Assembly: GCA_963665815.1 (NCBI GenBank)
Contig: OY762463.1
Coordinates: forward strand, 2,016,001-2,080,000
DNA length: 64,000 nucleotides
Reading direction: 5' to 3'
Source of the DNA: Candidatus Cloacimonadales bacterium
GTDB lineage: Bacteria > Cloacimonadota > Cloacimonadia > Cloacimonadales > JAIOQZ01
A model generated the notes under the pieces. That model was not told where the DNA came from. It made no database searches and saw nothing but the letters and a program-made list of their open reading frames with translations. Shown here in pieces: positions 49,187-58,777 of this stretch (positions within the stretch are counted from its first letter, which is position 1; every line of letters starts with the position of its first letter). The position numbers were made by a program, and so were the translations under genes.

Positions 49187-50527
49187 TTAATTGCTTGTTC
49201 TATCACTTTCATCGGGTTCTAACTCAATTTTCTTCCAACTGTTTTCTTCTGGATATTGTAAATAGGAAACAAACAACCAGACATCATAATGTTTTATCCA
49301 TAAACTGTTATGCTCATTATGATATTCATTCCTCTCTTTCTTTTTTAATTTATGTTTCAAATCTACTTCAATGGTGCTATTTAGTATCTGATATTTACTT
49401 ATTCTATCGTAAATGGGATTCTCAAGAGTAGATATTTTCATATAATTTGATTCCACGTTTCCATCAAATGAGTAAATACGTAACTCTCGCTTTAACTTAG
49501 GAAAAGAAAGATCTAACTTTTCAATTCTGTCTGCAAAGTATTGTCCATTGCATGCATACACTTTGTTTTCCCCAATGAATAACTGTGTCTTTTTGCTAGC
49601 AGGTTTCTTCCATAGAATTTCACCTTTTTGATTGAATATTGCAAAATGCGGAGATTCAGCATAGCTTAATCTGAGAATATGATACTTATCATTTGAGTTA
49701 ACATTCTCATTATGATCAGGTATTGTACTAAGTTCATTATCTTTTTTGAAAAGCAGATCTCCATTATTATTATACTTCTCAATTGATATTATTCTTTCTT
49801 CCGGAGAGAATGCAGATTCTCTATTAAATACCAATAGTGACCCCGTAGTATCACAGTCTACAACTTTCATGAATATATTATTGGAATCATCATGAATTAA
49901 CTTCTCCCATACAATATTATTATCCATATCAATTTTAATAATTTTGAACTCATTCTTGTAAACTTTTGAGCGTTTATCAATGTTATAAGATAAAGTTTTT
50001 TCAGTACTTTTCCTTAAATAGACAAACTTCTGAGAATTGGTTTTTATGATTCCTATATGATATCTCGATTGCCTAAGTAACTTCACTTTTCCATTTGTAC
50101 CAATAACTGCGATAAAATATTTTCCTTTTCCCGGGGAAATTTTCTTGCCAGCAATTTTTAGTTTTTTTTCTACTTCTCCATAGATTAATACTTCATTATC
50201 CGGAGTAACATAACTGATTCCAAACCGGAATTTATCTCGGGACGAAATTTTAGTTAACCAATACCATTTATCTCTACCTTTTGAACCGATGATGTAAGTA
50301 TATTCCTTCCATCTTCTGAATTTCTTATCACCTATAGTTACTGGTTCACTAGTTTCATTCTTTAAGTCCATTAACATAATTATATTATCTGTGTTCTCTG
50401 ATGAATAAAACTCTACATTCGAATCAATATTTAAATTCTTAAATTCAAGTTTATTAATTGTTTTGCATGCAATTGTAACATTGTTATTTATAAATAACAA
50501 TAATAAAATCATTTGTAGATTTCTCAT
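49187..50527 (-). CDS. Exported beta-propeller-like protein, putative immunity protein
   Basis: TAATG overlap with the toxin stop; hydrophobic N-terminus; KIDMDNNIVWEK, KYNNNGDLLF, FNQKGEILWK repeats. Confidence 0.68.
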   Translation of the reverse strand: MRNLQMILLLLFINNNVTIACKTINKLEFKNLNIDSNVEFYSSENTDNIIMLMDLKNETSEPVTIGDKKFRRWKEYTYIIGSKGRDKWYWLTKISSRDKFRFGISYVTPDNEVLIYGEVEKKLKIAGKKISPGKGKYFIAVIGTNGKVKLLRQSRYHIGIIKTNSQKFVYLRKSTEKTLSYNIDKRSKVYKNEFKIIKIDMDNNIVWEKLIHDDSNNIFMKVVDCDTTGSLLVFNRESAFSPEERIISIEKYNNNGDLLFKKDNELSTIPDHNENVNSNDKYHILRLSYAESPHFAIFNQKGEILWKKPASKKTQLFIGENKVYACNGQYFADRIEKLDLSFPKLKRELRIYSFDGNVESNYMKISTLENPIYDRISKYQILNSTIEVDLKHKLKKKERNEYHNEHNSLWIKHYDVWLFVSYLQYPEENSWKKIELEPDESDRTSN

Positions 50528-52260
50528 TAGTTCCCCCAAAGATCTGTTTTAATGAAAATGAAATCGTCAGCTTGATACCAATTTCTTGGATTTGCTGCTT
50601 GAGCTGGAATGATACTACCTGCAAAGTTCTCATTTCCAACAGCATGAGCTTCTGATGGTTTCCAAAAAGGTGCTAATTCATGGTCACTTTCGTATTCTTT
50701 TTGTAAAGCAAAAACTCTTTCATCTTTTTGATCCCAGATAGTTTCATCATCGGTTATATCATACATACACTCCCAAAAATCTATAATATGAGTGAATTCA
50801 TGTACAGCCTTCTCGAATGGAACTGTTCTGAATATCTCTTCAAACGTTGGGTATCCGTTTCCATCAGGACATGCTTTTCTTCGACCTACAACAGTAGTCT
50901 GCATATTAATAAGCAACAAATTATACTGATCAACTACAGCCGAATATGATTTATATCTGCTATTCAGCACCCTGAAATCTTCCGAACTTGTATCCACAAT
51001 AAAGAGATTATGGTCTACTGACTCTACAAGGTCGTTGACAAAAGTGCTAAGCTCGTCAATACTTTTTGTTTTTTGCAATGATGTAATTATCCTGTTAACT
51101 GAATCCACAGAAGCTCCTTGAACAATTTTGAAGTTCTTAATATTGTTTGATAGCCTTAATCCGTCCTCTGAAGGTAAGTTTGCACCAGAGGAGTTCCCAT
51201 TCGATTGATTATTCCCATTATTTGCCCAAAAGTTATTAAGCATTCCGGTTAATGCATCTTGAAATTTCTTAGTCAAATTATCATCAACTCCATTGTTTTT
51301 AATCACCTCTTTTGCTCTTTCGGTATATTTTTCACCGGCACTTTTACTACCAAAAATTGAAGTGAAGAATTTTCCAATAGATTTTAAGGAAAAGGCTTCT
51401 GCTATACCACTCGATTTCATATTCCTATCTATTCCACTCCTCCTCCCACTTGTTCTGCTAACCATAAACTGGTCAACAAGTGAGTAGAAGCTTGAATACA
51501 TAAATTCTGTGCAAATACTGTTCCAGTTTGCATCAGATAACGCCAAACAGGCATCCACAAAGGAAGCTGTCTGCTCTGCCAAAGCAAGCTTCTCATTAAC
51601 CATAGCGGACACTCTTGCATTCCGCATATTTGCTTCCATTAACGCCTCATTCTTAAGCTGCTCATAACTCTTCCAGTGTCCTCCGTCAATTTCTACATTA
51701 TTCACGGGATTGTTTTCACAGAATACATACGGGCTGTCGGACTGTTGGTAAGGGTCATTGGAGTGCCAGCGTCCAAGCTGTGGATCCAGAAACCTCAAGC
51801 CCCAGTATATCCAGTCTAAATCCAGTTCGTCAATAATTTCTCTGTTTTCACCAATATACTTACTGTTCATATACTGGTAGCAAAGCCCCGGTATTCTCAT
51901 ACTGAACGCATAGAAGTTGTTCTGCTGTACAGGAAAAGCTGTTCCGCTCTCAGACCTGGCAAATATCACTCTTACATTTCCCATATGGTCTTTCAGTTCA
52001 TATTCATATCTCCATTGCAGAGCTCCCGGAGTATCATCGTTAGTCTTTACTATTCTTCCCATAGATGTATTTATCGAGATATCCGGTAGAGCAGAGGAAT
52101 CAGTTTCATTTACTTTACAGACAACGCCATTGACATAATAGGTTGTAGAGCTCTTTACACCATTAAGAACCAGTATCTTCCGGAGTCTTTCTCCGGTTGC
52201 GGAGTAAACGAAACGTATGTAGTTTTCTCCTGTATAATATCCGGAACCATCATGACGGGA
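50527..52260 (-). CDS. Orphan Rhs core fragment + HExxH tip (5'-truncated; frame open upstream of ATG 52062)
   Basis: IRFVYSATGERLRK, YEYELKDHMGNVRV, RFLDPQLGRWHSNDP, SPYVFCENNPV, linker A, HEFTH. Confidence 0.88.
   Translation of the reverse strand, partial: SRHDGSGYYTGENYIRFVYSATGERLRKILVLNGVKSSTTYYVNGVVCKVNETDSSALPDISINTSMGRIVKTNDDTPGALQWRYEYELKDHMGNVRVIFARSESGTAFPVQQNNFYAFSMRIPGLCYQYMNSKYIGENREIIDELDLDWIYWGLRFLDPQLGRWHSNDPYQQSDSPYVFCENNPVNNVEIDGGHWKSYEQLKNEALMEANMRNARVSAMVNEKLALAEQTASFVDACLALSDANWNSICTEFMYSSFYSLVDQFMVSRTSGRRSGIDRNMKSSGIAEAFSLKSIGKFFTSIFGSKSAGEKYTERAKEVIKNNGVDDNLTKKFQDALTGMLNNFWANNGNNQSNGNSSGANLPSEDGLRLSNNIKNFKIVQGASVDSVNRIITSLQKTKSIDELSTFVNDLVESVDHNLFIVDTSSEDFRVLNSRYKSYSAVVDQYNLLLINMQTTVVGRRKACPDGNGYPTFEEIFRTVPFEKAVHEFTHIIDFWECMYDITDDETIWDQKDERVFALQKEYESDHELAPFWKPSEAHAVGNENFAGSIIPAQAANPRNWYQADDFIFIKTDLWGN
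51433..51697 (-). repeat. Linker-A repeat, copy 3
   Basis: Near-identical to the other copies. Confidence 0.95.
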
Positions 52261-52294
52261 AATTGACTAACAATGCTTATATAGGTAATACTTA

Positions 52295-52618
52295 TCAATG
52301 TTCAATCAAATTATAGGTTGCCAAATAGACTAAAACAATCATAATAAAAATCGAATAAGAAAATAACCTTAATACAATTATGACTAATATTTTTTTCTTC
52401 AAACTAATATCAGGCTTGACATCTAAAAACAATCTAAGTTTAAATATTGTCAATGGATATGTATGACTGAGTTTTTCTTTGCCTATTTTCTTTTGCAGCC
52501 AAGGATTATTCTTCAAAAGCATATTCAGAGAGTCTAAATTGTACCACAAAACTACCCAACTAAAAATAAAAGTACTAGGAATAAGTAAATATAAAATTCC
52601 ATCAATGAAGCCAATCAT
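52295..52618 (-). CDS. Small two-TM protein, putative immunity protein
   Basis: GGAG RBS; two TMs; similar layout to 54205-54492. Confidence 0.7.
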   Translation of the reverse strand: MIGFIDGILYLLIPSTFIFSWVVLWYNLDSLNMLLKNNPWLQKKIGKEKLSHTYPLTIFKLRLFLDVKPDISLKKKILVIIVLRLFSYSIFIMIVLVYLATYNLIEH

Positions 52619-52632
52619 AATATAAATTCTCC

Positions 52633-53427
52633 TTAATAATTGTTCTTATTGTAAGTTCTACCAAATTCTATATAAGCACCTAAATGCAAACCGTAGCCTG
52701 CACCAGCATTAAATCCATGAAAATACTCGTACTCATAAAGTTTATCTGTTTCTTGCTTTATGTGATTAAATTCGAAACCAGCACCACCTATAACTTTTAG
52801 ATTACATCCCCAGTTCAGAGATTCTCCAATTAGAATATCAATATTATCTGTTCCATACAATTCTCCTCTAAATGCCCCAATACCTGCACCAGCAACAACA
52901 CCTGCTCCAAAAGACTTTCCTTTTATAAGCCTGGCTACTCCTTTTGAGTTAATCGCAACACCCATATAATATGAACCTGTTGCAATGGCAGATAAGCGTC
53001 CTTCAAATCCCGAAATTACAATTCCAGGACGTTCTACTTTTTCTAGTCTGTTCTTTACTTTAAGAGTATTTCTATAAAAAGATTTGAAAGTATACAAAGT
53101 AAAACAATCATTTATTGAAGGTCTTCTATATAGAATTGAACTGTCTTTAAAGCTGAATATATTACTTATGTCCATATCCCTATTTATTCTCTCTGCGATG
53201 ATGACACCAGATTTTGTCATTCTGAGAAAAGAATGAGTTCTTTTAGCTAAAGCTAAGTCATGGGTACTATCGTATACTTCATCCAATTCTTAATATTTTT
53301 GTTTTTTTGCATTGATAATGTCTTCGGTATCGCCTTCATCATAGAATAAATCCCAAACATCTATTACATGCGTAAACTCATGTATTATCAATGTTTTCTT
53401 TATATCAGTACGAGGTTGAATTAACAT
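52633..53427 (-). pseudogene. Chimeric toxin remnant: HEFTH fragment fused to a Gly-rich tip, with an internal TAA
   Basis: HEFTHVIDVWDLFY..KY*ELDEVYDSTHDLA matches the 50527 tip; the remainder matches the 54501 tip. Confidence 0.75.
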
Positions 53428-54158
53428 TAATTAAACTCCCAATCATAGAATTTAATTGTAAATATTGACCTGTAATGTCTATTATTATGAAGATACTTTT
53501 GGGTGACTTTAACATTTTCTAGAATATACTTCTCATTTTTGATGTTGAATGTGAATGTATAATCCTCAGATGCAACGAAACCTGATGAATAAACTTCAAT
53601 TTTCATCTTGTCAAGTACAAATAGTTCATTATCTATTTCCTGATATTTCATTGTGATTTTACTTGATGCCTCCTTATTATCTTCACTTTTTTCAATTACT
53701 ATAGTATTAGTTTTCTCGAAGACAGTCAATTTACCACATTTTCTAAAAAAATCATCTTTCATTGAATGAAATATTATATTAATTGTTTCCGATACATCAT
53801 TAATACCATTTTCAATACCCGTACTGAGTGTTCGAAACACATCACTGTTTTCATCAATTTTCATTTCGGATAGAAGTCGTTCTTTATCTGGATGAAAGAT
53901 TGAAAATTTAGTAATCTCATTATAACTGACAGTCCACTTTGTGAGTTCAAGTACGTCCTTTATACTTTTCTCATTTACTTCCATAACTCTCAACCCCAAC
54001 TCAATTGTTTGATCTAATTCGTTACAACTGGCTTTACAATAGAATGAATTATTTAAGTATTTATCAATAAAGTAAATATTACCTGAAAAATCTTCTGAAT
54101 AAATGAGATTAATCAGAAAAACAGAAAAGATACAAAGCAGCAGTTTCATGACATTCAT
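53427..54158 (-). CDS. Exported hypothetical protein, possible orphan immunity protein
   Basis: GGAG RBS, signal peptide, inside the array. Confidence 0.65.
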   Translation of the reverse strand: MNVMKLLLCIFSVFLINLIYSEDFSGNIYFIDKYLNNSFYCKASCNELDQTIELGLRVMEVNEKSIKDVLELTKWTVSYNEITKFSIFHPDKERLLSEMKIDENSDVFRTLSTGIENGINDVSETINIIFHSMKDDFFRKCGKLTVFEKTNTIVIEKSEDNKEASSKITMKYQEIDNELFVLDKMKIEVYSSGFVASEDYTFTFNIKNEKYILENVKVTQKYLHNNRHYRSIFTIKFYDWEFN

Positions 54159-54204
54159 TGTATTACTCCAAAACATCGAAAATATTTATATTTTCCAGAA
54201 ATTT

Positions 54205-54492
54205 TCAGAAGATTAGCATGTAAAGAAAATAAATTATGAACACGACGTGATATAGAGAAGCAAGCAATATTGCCAATTTTAGCTTTTTCTTATGGTTAAT
54301 ATCTGCGATTTTGTAAATCTTGATCATCTCGAAAATACTTACAACATATGGGTTCTTCTGCATACTTCTAAAATACATAGAATGCTCAGAGCAGAGTTTT
54401 TTGTAGTATTTGATATCCCAAACAAAAATAAACCAACTAATGAAAGCTGAAATCCCTAGAATAATCATTGACATTAACTTAATGTGTTCCAT
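54205..54492 (-). CDS. Small two-TM protein, putative immunity protein
   Basis: GAGGA RBS; directly follows the Gly-rich tip. Confidence 0.7.
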   Translation of the reverse strand: MEHIKLMSMIILGISAFISWFIFVWDIKYYKKLCSEHSMYFRSMQKNPYVVSIFEMIKIYKIADINHKKKLKLAILLASLYHVVFIIYFLYMLIF

Positions 54493-54500
54493 AATATTCC

Positions 54501-56119
54501 TCAAAACTCTATTGGAGATGTCCAGCTTTTCTCATAATATATTCCATAGTGTATACCTTTACCAAAACTTAGGTTATCACCTTTGAAGGTTTTAACTTCT
54601 GGATTAATATCATATGTGTCCTTTATGTAGTTTAGTTCGTAACCACCTTCAATTTTCAATAAACTACCATTTATCCCAATATTGTCAGTCTTACCCATAA
54701 AAACATCTATATTGTCAGTTCCTTCAAATTCTCCATAGTAGCTACTTATACATAATCCTCCAACTACTCCAGCTCCAAATCCAAATGATTTGAAAAATTT
54801 TGCATCTCCTTTTGTGTTCCAGACGATACCTGCATTCCCTGAAACTGTGAAAAAAGTTGATGCTCTTACTTCAACACCTGAAAATGCAAACTGAGATGTA
54901 ATACCTTTCTTTTTCATTTCATCGATTCCTTTTAAGCCATCACTATAGCACTTTCTATGAATATACAATGTCAAGTGGTCATCGATACTCAAATTTCTCT
55001 TAAGGAATATTGAAGTATTTGTGAAACCTAAAGTATTAGTAATATTAGATTTTAATGTATTATATTCTGGCAGAAACCAGTTAGTATAACATAATGTATT
55101 GTTGTATGCCATAAGATTTTTTTTGTTATCTGTAGATGGTGCTATACCAGAACCATTGGACACATATGTTACAAAACCATTAGGCCAATAAACGAGATAA
55201 TCTCCAACCGTAACAACTCCTTTCCTACTTGGTTTCATATACCATGGAGTATCGTCTTTAGCTTGAGGAGAATTAAACACACTTTCGTTATATCCTGAGT
55301 CCTGACTACTATTGCTGTCTTTTTCAACTAATGGATTTGCAGAACTATCTGTATTGGAATCAGGAATAGCATCAGGATTTTCCTTTTGTTCTTGTGGGGC
55401 TTCTCCACTCCTCCTCCCACTTGTTCTGCTAGCCATAAACTGGTCAACAAGTGAGTTGAAGCTTGAATACATAAATTCTGTGCAAATACTGTTCCAGTTT
55501 GCAACAGATAACGCCAAACAGGCATCCACAAAGGAAGCTGTCTGCTCTGCCAAAGCAAGCTTCTCATTAACCATTGCGGACACTCTTGCGTTCCGCACAT
55601 TTGCTTCCATTAACGCCTCATTCTTAAGTTGCTCATAACTCTTCCAGTGGCCTCCGTCAATTTCTACATTATTCACGGGATTGTTTTCACAGAATACATA
55701 CGGGCTGTCAAACTGCTCTGCCGGGTCTAATGAGTGCCACCTACCTATTTGCGGGTCAAGGAACCGTTTTCCCCAATATATCCAGTTCAAGCCGTGTTCG
55801 TCAATAATTTCTCTGTTTTCTCCAATAAATTTACTGTTCATATACTGGTAGCAAAGCCCCGGTATTCTCATACTGAACGCATAGAAGTTGTTCTGCTGTA
55901 CAGGAAAAGCTGTTCCGCTCTCAGACCTGGCAAATATCACTCTTACATTTCCCATATGGTCTTTCAGTTCATATTCGTATCGCCACTGCTGTTCTCCGAC
56001 CTGAGCTGTAAAGTCTCTTACCTGCCTTCCGAAAGATGTGTTAATTTCAATCTCATCCTCAGAAGCAGTGTCTTCTGCATAGTGAGTATATACAAGACCG
56101 TTCACATAGTTAACTTTCT
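54501..56119 (-). CDS. Orphan Rhs core fragment + Gly-rich tip of unknown activity
   Basis: YEYELKDHMGNVRV, DPQIGRWHSLDP, NNPVNNVEIDG, linker A, FGFGAGVVGG..GTDNID. Confidence 0.88.
55403..55670 (-). repeat. Linker-A repeat, copy 4
   Basis: Near-identical to the other copies. Confidence 0.95.
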
Positions 56120-56141
56120 ATACTCATAAGAGCAAATCTCT

Positions 56142-57548
56142 TCAATTAGTCAGCTTGTACTTTCTGAGATATAATCTTGAATCAACGAAGTTGCTATCAG
56201 AATACTCCAGTGAAACACTATAGTAATATCCATCCTTTAATGCACTACCTATCCAATATCCATCTTCGTTTCTTAATTTCCTGCTAAAGAATACTCGATT
56301 GTCTTTGATAATTCCATGCATGAAGTAGTAAACATAAGACTTAAATATTAAATCATCTTCTGCTACTGAAATGTTAAACAACTGATCCTGAACTAAATCC
56401 TCAGTTTCTAACTCAAGTTTTTCATTAATACATAATAAAACTTGTTCCGGATTTATCCAGTAATCTAGATCATCACCTTTCTGATAATATGATTGTGCTT
56501 TTGTACCGGTAACAAATATTCTATCATTGGCTGAGAAAATAGTTAGATCCAGTTCAAGCTGATCGATAGGTTTAAAATTCGTTGTATATGAATCGAAGAA
56601 GTTTATGAACTTAAGGTTAGTTTGAACAATATTTTCTTTTCCCCCATCTCGAGTAGATAGCTTAGCAATGAAAACTCCATTATAACGTGCTGAATAATCC
56701 AGTGATGAAACAAGAATCTTATCTTTTGAGAAGATAAACTCATTCAAGAAATATCCTAATATATACACTTTATCATTTAAACAGGCAATATCAACTCCTG
56801 AATTGAAATTTTTACTCTTGAACTTCCTGAACCATTTCTTCTTTCCATTTGACGAATATTTGCATGCAAACATATTGTTTGTTCTATTATAAGTCAGATT
56901 ATTCTTGAAGGAGGAGTATGTTAATCCTCTCTCAAATGATCCTGTCAAGTATACATTGTCATTTCTATCAAGGCACATACCATGTATCCAACTGAATTCA
57001 TTGAGTACTACTTTTCTCGCCCAGATTAATGCCCCATTTTCAGAAATTTTCATTACAAATGATTGTCTATCATGTAATATAAATCCCAATTTAAGAACCA
57101 ATTCATCATCAAAATACAACTTTCCGGAAAAAGAACCTGATATGATAATGTTATTGTTTGAATCAACAACTATATCTCTGGTATGCAATCTTCCAAACAT
57201 ACGATATAATGTCGTGTAGCCTGATCCTGATTTTACTTTCTTTGTTGTTTTACGTACATATTCTCCATGCAGTTGTTTAATCCATAACACTTTCATAGTG
57301 CTGTCCAGTTTAGCAATAAAGGAACTTCCTGTTTCGGAAGAAGTCAAATTATGATCTCCGATAGAGCTATATCCACCCTCGCAGTTACCGATTATTACAA
57401 TGCTTTTATCGCTCATCACTACAGTTTTCTTTGCTCTGATTCCATGACATTTAATATTTGTTTCTGTTTCTAAAGCTAATGAATAAACATTATAACATGC
57501 AATGATAAAGAAAAATAGAACTGGAATTTTTTTTATTGAATATTTCAC
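56142..57548 (-). CDS. Exported beta-propeller (SBBP-like) protein, putative immunity protein
   Basis: GTGA overlap with the toxin stop; signal peptide; FIAKLDS..W, IVVDSNNNIIISGSF, LDRNDNVYLTGSF. Confidence 0.75.
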   Translation of the reverse strand: MKYSIKKIPVLFFFIIACYNVYSLALETETNIKCHGIRAKKTVVMSDKSIVIIGNCEGGYSSIGDHNLTSSETGSSFIAKLDSTMKVLWIKQLHGEYVRKTTKKVKSGSGYTTLYRMFGRLHTRDIVVDSNNNIIISGSFSGKLYFDDELVLKLGFILHDRQSFVMKISENGALIWARKVVLNEFSWIHGMCLDRNDNVYLTGSFERGLTYSSFKNNLTYNRTNNMFACKYSSNGKKKWFRKFKSKNFNSGVDIACLNDKVYILGYFLNEFIFSKDKILVSSLDYSARYNGVFIAKLSTRDGGKENIVQTNLKFINFFDSYTTNFKPIDQLELDLTIFSANDRIFVTGTKAQSYYQKGDDLDYWINPEQVLLCINEKLELETEDLVQDQLFNISVAEDDLIFKSYVYYFMHGIIKDNRVFFSRKLRNEDGYWIGSALKDGYYYSVSLEYSDSNFVDSRLYLRKYKLTN

Positions 57549-58466
57549 TGTTCTATCCCCATAATATCGCTCGTATAAAAATCTGTACCCCCACTATTGT
57601 AAGTAGTTCTTTCGGTGAAGAAAATCTTCTGAACATCATTGTCTCTCAGAGTTTTTAACTTTGAATAGTAAGAGCTTTGAGGATCAGCCATAGTTTTATC
57701 ATACCATGAAGTTTTCATGCCAACTTGATTACCCCATGCTTCATCTTCAAGTTGTAATTTTCCCAAAGGTGTGCAGTATAAACGATTATACTCTTGAATT
57801 CCCAACCTCATTAATTGACCAACATGAACATTCTCATGACTAAAGGATTGATAAGGAGTGATCAAAGTTTTTCGGGTAAAAATACTTCCAATAAGAGGTA
57901 TTTTGCTTAACACTGTTGTTTTCTCCTTATTTATATATGTTTTATTATGATTCCATATTACTAAATTCATTCGAACATGTACTCCATTCACGTTGGATTT
58001 AGCGAGTGTTGAATTTATTCCAGTACGTCCGAAAAATCTCCCATCACAATATCCTAGTCCAGTACTTAAGTCATTCACTAGTGTGTTATAGTTTTTATCA
58101 GTTCCCTTAAGGCAAGTTTCTACGATTGTATCTACAAGTGCTTCAGCATAATCGGTTGAGATTTGATTGCCTACTCCAAAAACATTTATATTATCTATGT
58201 TAAGGTTGTCCAATATTAGCTCTCCATTTCTTGTTTTACCTTCGAGTTTCTTCTTCACTTCATCCCTCACATATTCAGTGGCGTATTCATTGTATGTTCT
58301 ATCATTTATACTATTACTTGCAAGTTCAATTTTTTGTTTCTTAACCCCACTTGTAGTGTTTCCTTTTTCTTTCTTCTTCTCCGCTTTCTTCCTTTTCTCA
58401 GTTGGGTAACCTGCCCAGGCTTCAAGCCCACCACAGGCATCTACTTCTTCTAATCTACAATTCATT

Positions 58467-58588
58467 TCAAACTCAGCAACATCATCCCATCCATTACTAC
58501 CAGTGTATATTCCCCTGAACCCCCGGTACAAACTTTGTAATTTAGCATACTGCTCCTGACGATATGATAATGAGAGTGCTCCGTCAAG
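58467..58588 (-). repeat. Linker-B repeat (second copy at about 61580-61700)
   Basis: Encodes DGA(L/I)SLSY(R/H)QEQYAKLQSLYRGFRGIYT(G/D)SNGW(D/N)DVAEFE in both copies. Confidence 0.9.
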
Positions 58589-58674
58589 CTATGAGCTCGC
58601 AGGACGAAGTCCGAGAGTCTCACCTCCGAAATTCGTAGGATGTAATCCGAGAATCATAGGAGGCACATTACTTT
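58589..58674. repeat. Structured two-hairpin element, copy 2
   Basis: Homologous to 43913-43999; flanked by TCAAG direct repeats. Confidence 0.85.
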
Positions 58675-58753
58675 TCAAGGAACCGTTTTCCCCAATATAT
58701 CCAGTTCAAGCCGTGTTCGTCAATAATTTCTCTGTTTTTCAAAACCTGGAGAA

Positions 58754-58777
58754 GATAAAGCCTTCACGTGGCAGGCT
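58754..58777 (-). terminator. Cassette-end hairpin
   Basis: Plus strand AAAGCCTTCACGTGGCAGGCT, overlapping the LRR gene stop. Confidence 0.6.

Larger units (their letters stand above)
57545..58740 (-). pseudogene. Interrupted orphan Rhs cassette: core remnant + hairpin insert + intact HExxH tip (ORF 58531-57545)
   Basis: NREIIDEHGLNWIYWGKRFL, stop inside the insert, LDGALSLSY linker B, HENVH. Confidence 0.8.

Noticed and set aside
46228-55670. Linker repeats as DGR template/variable repeats
   Set aside because: No reverse transcriptase in the window; differences are few and form two linked haplotypes rather than dense adenine-specific variation
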